This document shows positions 37,070-50,247 of a DNA stretch of 64,000 nt, in pieces. The position numbers and the translations under genes were made by a program. The number at the start of each line of letters is the position of its first letter. Within the stretch, counting starts at the first letter, position 1. The notes beneath the pieces were generated by a model, which worked only from the letters and a program-made list of their open reading frames with translations, did no database searches and was not told where the DNA came from. The DNA is taken from positions 50,914,464 to 50,978,463 of the forward strand of contig NC_043011.1 in assembly GCF_006345805.1 (NCBI RefSeq). Reading direction: 5' to 3'. Origin of the DNA: Octopus sinensis (lineage: Eukaryota).

Positions 37070-39049
37070 TTAATACAAGAACATTTTTGATACACGTTTG
37101 AAGTAAGTTAGAAGCATACAGCTGAAAGCAGTGCGGAGTAAGTTGGTACATGAAAATTTCAACCATGAACGGAGATTAAAGTTTTAAGTAAGGCTGGAGA
37201 TAAGATTAACATTTTTGAAATCAATATACAATGCTGTGAAGAAAAAAAATTCAAAGGATCCCTGAAGGTTTATGTGATTTTGTCATTTCAATGACCAACA
37301 ATAACAAAATTCTACACTCAACTGCCAATAAATGTGTAATTTTAAGACAGTGTCAAGAGGTAGTGTTCTGGATCATTGTTGACACTGATGTTATTGTTTA
37401 GTCCCAAATCAGCTTTGGTTCTGCAGAGATATGATTTAAAGTTTTCCACCTGGGATCGTCATATGTGTTTTACACATCCAGGATGACTATATTCATTGTG
37501 TGATTTCCTTTTTAAAAAGCTATTTGAAGGAGATTTGGCTGCTATTTCTACGAGGTTGAGCAACCACACAGAGGCTCTCTTGTTAGTTTCTGCCGCATAT
37601 CTTTGAAGACATGTTTGATTGTGTGTTTATTAGGTGGTTAGCAATCTGGTTAAGTTTCCTTTTTTAGTAGGGGAGAGGGAGAGATGCTGATATTTCAGCT
37701 ATCAGAGTACATGTTTATGTTTATATTTCTCAGGATCAGATGGGTTAGGGAGTTCTTTTAGAAACACACACCTGATCTTTATCTGTGTATAAAAGATAGT
37801 CATACATACCCCGAAGGATTTACAGCATGGAAAGAGGCAGGGAATCAGAAACCTAGGCAATTTAATAGCATCAATAAAGAGCCCTATTACACATAACCAA
37901 AAGCGCTAACTAATATGAAGCAAAGTGCTGTGATTATTACTGTTCACTGTCACAAACAAATATGAAGTATTTGTTTATGAAGTATACTGACTGATTCCAT
38001 TGTAAACTAGCACAAATACAGTGATTTTATAATACATCACAAACATTATTGGTGTGGAATGAGGTTGATACAATGTTATGTAAGGTGTATGACAGACTGA
38101 TGCAAAAGATACCTAAAAAATGCCTGCTCAATTATTCATGTAAACACCTCAATTTACAGAACAAGCTAACTTGCATAGAATTATTTTTAAAAACTACATA
38201 CAAATAAACCAGTTTTGAATAACTTTTTACATCTAACTAATTAACACTTTGAGTATGTCAGATAATTTCAATCAGATTTTAATTTAATCTCACAGAAGGA
38301 TTGAATATCAAGGGGTGTGGTACAACCAGTGCATTTGTGTGTGTGTGAGAGAGAAAGAAAGGAGAGAGAGAAGAGACTGAGATAGAGATAAAGACCATGT
38401 GTATAAATTAGAACACATAAATGTACTTTAGAAATAGCCATTTACCATATCACCCAGTGTGAGTCTACCTAAGCAGGTGCTGTAGTAGCAGACACAAAAC
38501 AATACAAGAAATCATAAATTTAAGCTTTACAACAGGGTGAGTCTAGTGAATTTAAAAGGTGGTGTATATATTTGACACTATCCAATTAGCAACCTCACCC
38601 TCATTCTTGTCCTGTCCTAACTGTGTGTGAAGTCAGAAAAGTTTCTTGTATGAGACATGAAAGTGAAGTAGCAGAGAAACAGGAGACTAAAGAACCAAAG
38701 TTGTCTATACAATTGCTAAACATATCGAGTGGGGGACTTGATTGAGGGTTGTAATCTGGAAGAGGTATCATATACCAGCAACAAGGCAAAGGGGATGTGG
38801 TCAGCATCGTTATCTGATCACTCTGCTGTCGGTTCTCAATTATAAACCATTTCAGTAAACATGGCCTGTCAGGTAAAAATAAATAAAATAGAGCAAAAAG
38901 GAAATTAATTATCAGATATGCAGATGCATGCCTTCCCAACACCACAACAAATGTTTGGTTGGTTGGATGTGTGTGTGTGCGTGTGAGAGAGACTGAAGAT
39001 AAGTGTACTGAGTTGCTGTTGGGTCCAGTAGATGTCCTTAACAATTCTA

Positions 39050-39487
39050 ATCATCACCATCATTAACATCATGTCCACTTTTCCATGCTCACATAGGTTG
39101 GATAGAATTTGTTGAGGAGTATTTTCAATGTCAGGATGGCCTTCTTGTTGACAATCCTCATCTGTTTCCAAGTAAAGTAATATTTCCCTATGGCCGGACA
39201 TGTTTTCATGGAAGATTGTAAATGAAGGACAATGCTTGCATGATGGTGACACTTGTGTTTTACAAGTATCATATGAAGTCAAGGCAGGGAAGCAGTAACA
39301 CACCCACCCACCCACACACACACACACACGACGGACCTCCTTCAGTTTCAATCTGCTAAATTCTCTTACAAGACTTTGGTCAACCCAGGGCTATAGTAGA
39401 AGATACCTGCCCATGGTGCCAGGGACTGAACTGCAAACTATGTGGTTGGGAAGCAAGCTTCTTACCACACAGCCATGCATGCGCCTA
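39050..39487 (-). mobile_element. SINE family A head with (GAT)n-type tail
   Basis: Full collinear match to the 17525 and 19600 copies. Confidence 0.8.
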
Positions 39488-41654
39488 AATAACATTCACC
39501 AGGTTGAAAGTAACATATGACTACCAAACAGTATTTATCTCACCATAGACGTTGTTATACTTTTAGGCTCTCCCCTCTCCTCCTTGTCCTGATGACTAGT
39601 AAATAGTACAAGGAATTTATGCGAAAAACATTAGTGTCTCAGTGGAGGAATGATGGGTTTAGATGACAAGACACCCTTATCTACAAGCATGTTGCAAAAC
39701 TGCTCCTCAGTGTCATTATCTAATATTTTAAACTTCCTTGACCACAAAACAATAAGGATAATAATTAAAATAACATGTCTATGTTTGCTATTAACTTTGT
39801 TTATTAATGATATAAATGAAATTAATACAAATGGGTCGGTCAGTGTAATTTATTGCTATTCTACATCACCCAATTCCAGCTAAAACATGTAACAGTCGAT
39901 GAAAGCTCCACCCAAAGATGGAATGCTAGTCTATCAGTACGTAACCTTTTCCTGAAGATCTGATTCATCACAACTTGGATAACTGTAGCATGTAGGAATG
40001 AGTGTCCTGAATACTGTATTTTCTGCTATACAAGGCATATTTTTCAGACCAAAAAATTCCATGTGAAATGCAATATGATTTGGAAAAATAGTGATGATGT
40101 TTACACTATAAACTTTGTTGATTTCTATGCTGGAAAATATGGTACAAACACACCAAAGCACATTAAGCTAGATTCGAACCCACAAATGTCGTCATTGTCT
40201 TCTTTAAGCATCGCATTTAAGATGCATTTGACAATGATACACCAGAACTTCTGCCTTCAATTAGTTTTGGTAGATCTTCTATTTCATCTTGTGTGACTCT
40301 GCCATTAACAACAATATAGTGAAGTGCTCTTTGTTGTCTACTAGGGTGCTGAAGTCCCCAAAAATAATAACTGATATTGCCTGTTGTTCAGTACACCAGT
40401 AGTGGCTAGTTGAGCCTACCCTGCATTGAACAATAATAGTAGAGATGGATGGAATATGCCCATATATCTCCTCTTTTGTCTTGTATCCACACTATTTAAA
40501 CTAAGTTTTAACAGCAGTGAAATATGTTATCCACCTCATTCTTATGTCTCCATAGTTTTGCCAAGTTAATGCTTGATGTTGCTGATAGAAGATATCAACA
40601 ATATTATGGCAATTTTCTTAATAGCCTTTAACCATCACATAGAACATCACTTAACACACCAAACGTTGAAGCTAACAAGGTCTTTCAAAAGGGTCGTTCA
40701 GCTTGTTAGACCTATCAGTTAAATCTCTCTTAAAACATATACTCTCCTTATGATAAAGGAAGGATAGATTGGATGATGTAGTCTGGGATACATTATACCT
40801 GAACAAAAAAATGATGGGATAGTTATGGGTGGAAAGTTTTTGATCAGGGCCAATTTGGTGGCTAAAAACAACAGTATATAACTAACCGCTACAAAAAGGT
40901 ACAAACTGATCAGTTTCTATGGTAACAATGGATGTGTTTGTTATAAACTGACAAACAACTCTACTCTCGAAATAATGGAATTGTTCCAAGTAGTACAAGC
41001 CAACCTATAAAGAGTAACTGAGAAGCCACCATATGGTCACTCTACTTGCTAAAAATATCAAATCAGATTTGAAAAACAGAGATGGTTGTGCTTAGGATAC
41101 CTTTGATCACAGACCTGCTAAATTGGAGTTGGACAAGGCCGAAACATTAACCCGAACAAAGACACACACATAGGTTTGTGTCTTTGTCCCCAATCATTGC
41201 TTATCAACTGTAACTTGGCAGTTTGGCATAAGAGAGCGATAGAATAAGTAACAGATTTATATATATAATAAAAAAAAAGGGGGGGGGTGTTTGACTAAAG
41301 CCTTTCTTGGCAGTAATCCAGCATGGATGCAATCCAATGACTGTAAAAACAATTTTATGCTTGTTCACAAACACATTATTCTACATACTTTCTTAAATAA
41401 AGAAATCAAGAGATTTATAAAAATGGGGTGAGGAGAAAATCTGCTTCAATAAACTCTGCCCGACCCATACAAGCATGGAAAAGTTGATGTTGAAAGGATG
41501 ATGATGATGATGATGATAATGATAATACCAAAGTATTCAAATTGGTTAGGGATTCAGTAGTATTGTTTTTGCTTAAATCAGGAATGACACAACACAAATT
41601 AAGAGGCTAGGTAGAGTTTAAAAGAATACATCTAATCCCATCATTAAATGGAAA

Positions 41655-41656
<2 letters not shown>

Positions 41657-41690
<34 letters not shown>
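41657..41690. repeat. Poly(A) tract
   Basis: More than 30 consecutive A. Confidence 0.95.
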
Positions 41691-41694
<4 letters not shown>

Positions 41695-42779
41695 CAAACC
41701 AAAATGTTGGTACATTAGTTGTGGTTCAATGGCAATTTCAGGAAGGAAGGAACATTAAAAGAAGGTCTGACAGGAAGAAGTGATGGAATGATGAGGTGTG
41801 GGCTTTGAAAGGGGGGGGGGGGAATCATGACAAATTAATGTAGGGCATTTCCCACCAAAATCCAGAATTAGTTTCCTTTTGAGACAAGTCACAAATTTGT
41901 TGATTGGCATCTTAAATAACTCATGGGTGTGTGTGTGTGTGTATGAGAGGGAGAGAGAGCAGTAAGTATTGTCTCAAAGGAGATATTATTTGTCAATTAC
42001 TGCTGCAACCTACAAAAACTGGATAAGAAGAAGAAAAAAAGTAATGAATGGATGCCCTAGAGATTGGTTTCCTTCATACAAAGGGGAGACAGAAAACATA
42101 ATATTAATCATGCACTATAAACTATTTATCGGATGATCTGTTCACACACATTTTTAAGGAGGTGTTTGTGTAGGGAGGGAGGAGAGATAAAAAAAAAAGT
42201 AGGGGCAAAGCAACAGAAAGCCTAAAATTTAACCACAGCTGAATGAAATAATTGAAGCAAAACCAAAATTAACAACATTTACATTGTTGATGGTTTGGTG
42301 CCATCCTCTTCAGTCACTACCTGCCTGCCGAACCCTATACCAGAGAGTATATTGCTATATCCCTATTTGCCTGTCTAATTAACAAGGCCCTAGAGGTAGT
42401 CTCTGCATGGGGTAAGACAGATTTAAAAAAAAACACCACTGGAACATCTTTGATTATAGGATCACTAAACAACAACAATTATATGAGAAACAAGTCAAGG
42501 AAGCCCCTGGATGGTTAGTCAGTCTGCTGTAATAACAGCCAAACCTTCATTTCACATTGTACTGACTTAAAACACAACTGTACAAAAGGGCTTATATTGG
42601 GTAGTTGTTTAATTTTGGTTGAAATCCTTTTATTACTTGTATTTCTATTGAAATTTACTGCTTTCATCTCAATTAACTTTCAAAATACTGAAAAATTTAG
42701 TAAAATAACTTTATTATTACTGATCTTAATGTTTGGAATGTAAAATGAACATGGAATTTTGATGGAAAAATTTAATTTC

Positions 42780-42982
42780 AGCCTCGTCTGGCACCTGTGT
42801 CGGTGGCACATAAAATCACCCACTACACTCTCGGAGGGGTTGGCGTTAGGAAGGGCATCCAGCTGTAGAAACACTGCCAGATCTGACTGGACTGGTGCAG
42901 CCTTCGGGCTCCCCAGACCCCAGTTGAACCGTCCAACCCATGCTAGCATGGAAAGCGGACGTTAAATGATGATGATGATGAT
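42780..42982 (+). mobile_element. Family C retroposon, 5'-truncated, nested in a family D MITE (about 42625-43085)
   Basis: Near-identical to 2531-2720. The MITE sequence ...gatggaaaaatttaattt|gatcactttaaaatagg is split by the insertion. Confidence 0.92.
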
Positions 42983-45089
42983 CACTTTAAAATAGGAAAT
43001 TTTGTACCATAGAACCAGGAGTAGCCTCAAGTATATTGGTACCATAGAACCAGAGGTAGTTTCAAGCAGGTGGGTATCAGGATAGTATAACTCAAAACAG
43101 ATGAGTGAGAAGTTGATGTTCCATATACAGCCTGCAAGTGACGTGACACCTATTCCAGCTTGTTAGGTGAAGTGAGGCATGAAGAATTAAAGTGAAATCT
43201 ATCCACATACATAAAGAAAATACTACCTCATCCACTCAAGACATTTCACTACTCCATCACCACATTATGTGAGTGTATATAAATAAAAACTTCCTCTCAC
43301 TATTTCTGTTTTCCTTTTTTATATCATAAACTGAAATTTGAATTAAAATCAATATTTAATTTATACTGTGGTTTCAGGCTCAGTCCCACTCTGGCAAAAG
43401 ACTTCTACTATAGCCTCGGGCTAACCAAAGCCTTGTGAGTGGATTTAGGAGATGAGAGCTGAAAGAAGTTTGGCATATGTGAGCGAGCGAGTGTGCACGT
43501 GTGTTGTACTTCCTTGTCTTGACATCACACAGTAGTAGTAAAACAAATGACATTGTCTTCCACAAAAAACACGCCAGGCAATGGAGAAATATTACCCAGT
43601 AGGCTACAAGAAATCTGCCCCAATGAATCCTGTGTGATCCATGAAAGCACTGGAAAGTGGATGTTAAAATAATGATGATAATATATTAATTAGTTATAAA
43701 GCAGTTAGTTCGTAGAATCATTTGTGTGCGAGGCAAAATACTCAGCAGCATTTCATCTGTCAATAAAAAAGTACCAGCTGGACACTGGGGTTGATTTATT
43801 TGACCCAGCCTCTCTTACAAACCTGTTTGGCTTAGTGCCGAAATTTGAAACCCAATATATTAATTAGTTATCATTTAATGAATTTTTGGAATTTAATATA
43901 AAACTGAGGCTGCTACTACTACTACTACTAACACCTAACATTTTACTTTTGAATGATAAGTTTTCACAATTGAAAAACAAAACAAACTTTAACTGAAACA
44001 ATCACAACAATAAGAGGTGGGTGACATGTTACAGCCAACTAAAATAGGGCAATGTATGCAGGAACAGAGAAGGGAATCTATATGTGGTGGCTTGCACTGC
44101 CAGAAACAACAGCCAATTCTTCCTCAAATCACAGTTGTAATTTCTGAGCATAACAAAATATTGGAATCTGTAAACCTAAACCAGGTATTGTTGACAACTT
44201 GGATAAAGGAAGGATTAAAATTAAAAAAAAAAGCACACCTCATGAAAAGGAAACTGAAGAAGCCACTGTTGGCAAGGCCAATGACAAAACAGAATTTAAA
44301 ATATAAATATAAACACACAAAGGGTTAGACATGATGGGGAGGAGGGGGAGTAGTGGCTGCTTGGAAGACCACATATACAGAGTGAGTCATGACCAATAAA
44401 GAAAGATAACAGTGTTTAGAAAATGAAGGAAGGAAGGAATAGAGCAACTAGAACTGTTGCTATGGTATGGTCATGGAAGTGTTATCAGTTGAAATGGGAG
44501 GAGGATTAGGAGAAGGGGGGAGGCTGGAAAAAGGAAGTCTTAGTGATTCCCCTCTCAAACAACAAAATGTGACAAGTACAGACAACAACAACAACACACA
44601 CACACCAGATGACATCAGCACCACACCTATCCCTCAACAGAAGTAAAGAGGATTTTAAGTAGAATCTGGCATCCAACTAAAAATATAAAGTCATCAAAAA
44701 TTTTATGTTTCTCTCAAGTGTAATGCATTATAATATTTAATACAAATTAGATCCAGCTAGGGACTCCTTACATGGCGACTCGACCTGTGCTAGAAACAGC
44801 AGCTAAATCCCCTGTAACTCATGCTTAACAGCATATCAAATAAAAAACAAGAGATGATAACAGTTACAACTTGTTTGATCACAGGTTTACATACTGAGGC
44901 TGCACTGAGAGCTAAGCAATAACTAACAATCACTAAATATGTGAAAAATATTAGACATAAACTAAGGATATTATACTCTAGTGTATACTGACACACATGG
45001 AAGTGTACCTAAGTAATGTAGTAATAGTAGAAGGGATATGTTGAAAGTGTGACTGCCAACTGATTATAATATTTCAATTAAATTTACGG

Positions 45090-45231
45090 TAGGCATGGAT
45101 AACTTTTTTCAAGAAGCAGGCTGCTGGAGATGTAGCTCATCAAGCAGGCTGCACTACAAAAAGAATCAAGGTAATTTTTCATTAGGTGTGCCATTCAAAA
45201 AGTCCTGTGGGCAGCAGTTCGTCCATGACTG
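45090..45231. mobile_element. Possible hAT-like MITE
   Basis: Imperfect TIRs taggcatggataact / agttcgtccatgactg. The TSD is not convincing. Confidence 0.35.
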
Positions 45232-46339
45232 ATTATAGATATAAAACAATATAAAGGAGTGATGGAAACAATACAAAATATCTTACAGTGTTTATTTGGG
45301 AACCTCTACAGTCTTGAGTTCAAATCCTGGTTCATCAAACTTTGCCTTTTATTCATCTAGGATTGACTGGCACATCAAACATGTACCAATCAATCATTCA
45401 AGTAACTCTCCTATAAATTTGTGACCATGTGCTTAACTGTTGAATTGTCAGTGTCATACAAAATACCCATCGATATCAACTTTGCTTTTCATCTCAACAG
45501 TGTCAATAAAATAAAATACCAGTCAAGTACTGGGGTCTATTTAATTGACCAGCAGTCCCTTTTCACATAATTTCTGGCCTTGTGCTAAATTAGAAACATT
45601 TATTAAATGACCAGCAGAAAACCACAGACTTGTAAAGAAAGTGTTGTTATATTTCTTATGTGGATATTTCAAGTTTGCACCTGCTAAAATGTTAGCATGC
45701 TCTAAATACCATGCTAGTCACTCTTAATATATAAACTGGCCTGGTGGCCTATTCTCTTAAGAACTGCTCTTCTGGATAGTATCAGTCACATAAATATGTC
45801 TTTAAAATAATGTAGCTAAAGTTATTCTGCTATGAATGACCTAGGGAAGTGGTCAGTAGGATAATATAGTATCCTGATAGTATGACACCACATGCTAAGA
45901 TAAAATATTGGCAGAGCAGATATATATCTAAACTAAGTTCTGCTACCCACCATAGTTTGCCTGATGCTGAGGAGGTTGTCAAAGATGAAATTCTATACTG
46001 GTTTGGTCAGAAGTACTGCTTGTGTGAGAAGCAGGTTGGATTACAAGTGCTTGCAATATATTAGGTACACCAATATTCTGTGGGCAAAATGCTTAGTGGC
46101 ACTTCTTCTGGAACTTCATGTTCTCAGTTCAACATCTGCTAAGGTTGACTCTTATAGGGGTCAATAATTTTGTTGATTAGATCTAGCTGAGTACTTGGTA
46201 GGTAATTCTATTAAGTCCAAAAGGGTAAATTGCAAAGTCAACCCTGAAAGAATTTGGAACATATCACATGAAGGAAAACACAGCTATTGCTACTTGTATT
46301 TGCTAAGTTCATTAATTGCCTATAAATATTTTTTGCATT

Positions 46340-47433
46340 TTTTCAAGATGTAATGTCTTCCTTGGTGACCTGAGTATCCTGGGCCACCAACCATCTTCAA
46401 TATATGGCTGTAAATTTCAGGATGGTAACAACGTATCGACCTACATTATGAATATACTGACTGAATATTAAATAGCTCACTAGATGGATGTGATTTCAGG
46501 CTTCCGCAAAGTGGGATACATACACACCAGACATTTTTGGAAGAGAAGAGACAAAACTAGGCAAAATGAAACTACCAAGCAAATTGGATTAACTTCTATA
46601 AATAAGAAGCAGATTTTTCTCACCCCTGCTTAAACTTAAAAAGTGCAAAGAGTTCAACAGGCCTCCAGTCAAAGCTGTACTTCACACATCAGGATAATGT
46701 GGATACCAATAGTGTTCAAGTACTGCATGCAGTCGAGTGTGGGGAAAAGACTATGAAGATATGTACCAGAGACATATATATTGGAGACCCTTTGGCAGGT
46801 TCATTTGATGACCTGGTATTTGCAATGGGCTAGAATTACTGGTTTTATCACATTTATGATGTTTGTGCAAGTAAGGGGGCGGAGTTTCACAAACATTACC
46901 TGTATTCCATACCTTTTAGGTTGCAAAGTAAGTTCTGCTTTCTACAACAAGGGCAAAAAACTGTTTTGGAAGACTTAGCTGATCTATGAAGATACAGAAA
47001 TTTGTGTATCTGGCTAGTTTCCCTTTCAGTTGGTGGTTGTTGACAACAACTCTTTCAGGAAGCTTGAGTAACTAATTGCTATGGTAGATAATTCAGCTCT
47101 GATAAGACATGAAGGTGCTTTTTTGCTGGAAGTGAATAACGAACAAACTGCCTCCTACCAATGGTTCCTCACCCCAGTATACCTGATGTGCAATGTAGCA
47201 AGCAGGTATCTTGACAACCAGCACACAAACAGCAATTCCACAGGGAATGACTGGACTAAGATAATTAGAGTTGTTGGAAATACTTTGTGGAATAATTCCC
47301 CATTTCCAGGGAATGCAAAAAGCTGATCAAATGTTTCCGAAAAAAAAAAAGTACTGCTCGAACTGCAAGTGTACCAAATACCAAAGCAAATCCAAACTGT
47401 TCATGAGTCTGCAAGTGTAAATGTATTCTGTAG
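46340..47433 (+). pseudogene. Decayed Academ-like DNA transposon ORF (XPG/PIN-like nuclease + Cys-rich finger)
   Basis: Ordered motifs across shifting frames: YGCKFQDG, WDTY, KLPSK/WINFL, VDT..VQVLHAVECG, LGCKVSSAFYNKGKK..WK, KLPPTNGSSPQYT*CAM*QAGILTTS, ECKKLIKC, YCSNCKC, NCS*VCKCKC. Confidence 0.75.
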
Positions 47434-50019
47434 AGCATTGCAATCTAGGTTTTAGTAATAAAAACATCACAAAACAGTACCTCATACTTTGATAAGGAAT
47501 TATAACTGTTATTCTAACAGAAAGTGTGGATATTTGTTTGAGCTTTTTATGATTCCCAGAACAAGCATGTGATTATATTTTGTCACAGATGCCAGGTATC
47601 TATGACACAAATTTCTTTCAAGGTTGAAGAAATTCAAGACATAGACATTCTTTTACTTCGTTATTTTACAAAATAATTTTTTAAATACATATTTAAAAAC
47701 ATTCCAAAATGCTATACTACCTGGTTAAATGCGCTACAGATTTGCTAGGCCAGTTGTGACCCAGAACTACAAAACAGCTTTGAAGATTAAACTACTTTAA
47801 ATGCAATTCAATGCATATAAAATTGTGGGTCAGTCTGAACTGAAGTGACATCCTGCATCTGACCTAGTTACCTAGTAGAAGTAGAGCAGTAGATGAATTT
47901 AGAACATACAGTGTGTTAGTAATTCACTAATGAGTGTCAAATGAACTGGAAACTGACCATTAGTTTGCTGGAGGAAGGCACAGTTTCTCCCACAACAATA
48001 AAACAGAACAGACCAAGGTGGCATACTTTGGTAATACCTGTACTATCTGATAATTAGCAACAAATCTGGTATGGTTTTTCAAAAATAGTTGCTAGCACAT
48101 GATTTTCTGTGGAGGAATGTGTTTCAACCAACAAAGATGAGGTAATGGTTTTTCAGATGTAGGGATTTAGTAATGCCTATTTGAAGAATTGAAAAGAGAA
48201 GCTATTCTGAGGAGAATCATTAGGTATATGGAATTAATTCCAAGAGACTTCAAGTCAATAGGCTGTTGTTGTTTAGCATATGTGAGTCTTAAATGAATGG
48301 ATACATGTCTAATTAAAAATATTCCAACAGTGGCCAAGACAATAGGTTGATATTTCTCACTGACTGGTTTTAAGATGGAAGTGGGCGAGCTGGTTGAACT
48401 GCCAGAGTATTATTGGACAAGAAGTTAAGAGATTGTCACTGGGACCATCAACATCTAACTAACCAAATAGTCTTGTATACTTACCTGCGGGGATAAGTAT
48501 TAAATCTTTGAGAAAATTACCAGCATCAGACTGGCATCTGTCCCACAGATATGTATCCCTCATCTGTTTTAACACTATAGAGACTTGTCTGTGGGCTCCA
48601 ACAAGAGGTACATACCTACCTACCTGAGAGTCAGGCAGTGGTAACATTAAATTGAGTGACAATAACAGTAGCCATAGAAGCAGCCAGAAGATACACTTTC
48701 TCTCTTGATGACTACTAGAGCCATACCAAGAAACAGACCATGTTTGGCAACATGCCAACATTTATTCTCTGTTTAGACTGATGGAAATTGGTTGGTTTAT
48801 CTCAGTTGATACTGCTGCACCCTCTGTTACAGCATTACTATTGGTATTTAATAAAGGTCTTACTGTCTTGTTTACAGATGCTCTTTGAAGCATCTAAATT
48901 CTTTTAAGTTATCCTGGTAAGACTATAAGCTTAGTGGACTTTGAATGGCAAACAGGATGAGAGAGAAGAGGAAAGAGAGGGAGGTAATTGGTTTCAGCAG
49001 TCTAAAAAAGTGTGTGACTAGCTAGATCCAGTAAGACTGGTTTATAATACTTAACAAAATCAAATGAACCAGTTCTTCTGCAAACAACCAATACAAAGGT
49101 TTAGGTCATATGTAACTTAAAAATGCAAATTATTATTCTCTTAAGAAAGGAAGCTGTCACGCACACACAGTTGCATGTGAAAAAAAATGTGTATGGAGCC
49201 CGCACTTTCCTAGAACATCCAAACAAAATAACAAAATAAATACAAGTCAAAGAAGTGGAGCGCCAATATGACTGTTTGGCTTGCTAGAAAAAAAGCTGTC
49301 AAATTTCCCTCAAATTACAATAAAAAAACTGGATGGTCATGACTTGAATGCCTTTAATAATAGATTTGCTCAGTCAGGATTACCCTAAGACTAAATAACA
49401 ACAAAATTTAGTTATTTTACTAAACTCCTCTGAAGAGTAAAGTATGTACATGGAGAGTGAAGTGGAGATCTGTTTCTAATACTTGTAACAGTGTAAACTC
49501 CCCCAAAAGCATTCAAAGTGAGTTGCATTAGGCTTGTTATTATTAAAAGCAATGAAGGAGTATGTTAGCTGTCCCACCTAAGGTGAGCAGATTCAGTAAC
49601 CAAGGAATATGTGTAGTGGGATCAAACCCAAAGCCACATTAAGCAATCTTCTTAACCACCCAACCATAGCTGTGGTTACCTAATATTTTTATTGTTACTG
49701 TTCATCAAAAATAAGCCATGATGAATAAATGTTAACCTTATCCCAACAGAAAACAATATTAGCCAGAATCCATGTATTAAAATCACATAGAAAAACATAT
49801 TAATTGAACATTTAATCCAAAAGAGTAATATTTGGCGAAAGTATGCTAACCACGAATAGCTGATAGCTTCAAATTCCATTGGAGAATGTCTATCAAGTTA
49901 AACTTCAAAAAGAAAGGTTTCTCAAAGTAGCAATAGAAGGTTGATAGGGGTAAATCATGGAAAAACAAACCAAAAAAAAACAAAAGAAAAAAGAAAGAAA
50001 TATCTGGCTTTACAAATTT

Positions 50020-50168
50020 AGTGTGGTTGGTGTTAAGAAGGGCATCCAGTTGTAAAAACTGCCAAAACAGACACAGTAGGCTGGTGCAGGCTTCTACTTG
50101 GCTGGTTCCTGTTAAACCATCCAACCCATGCCAGCATGGAAGATGGATGCTTAACGATGATAATGATG
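50020..50168 (+). mobile_element. Family C-related 3' fragment, older
   Basis: gtggttggtgttaagaagggcatccag...ccaacccatgccagcatggaa...gatgataatgatg. A similar minus copy lies at about 28790-28940. Confidence 0.78.
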
Positions 50169-50216
50169 TATATCTCTGTCTATGTCTGAATAACATAACA
50201 TGTACTTAGCTTAGAT

Positions 50217-50247
<31 letters not shown>

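Noticed and set aside
38601-39351. Longest listed ORFs (147 and 148 aa)
   Set aside because: They overlap SINE and microsatellite sequence, with no recognisable domain or splice support.
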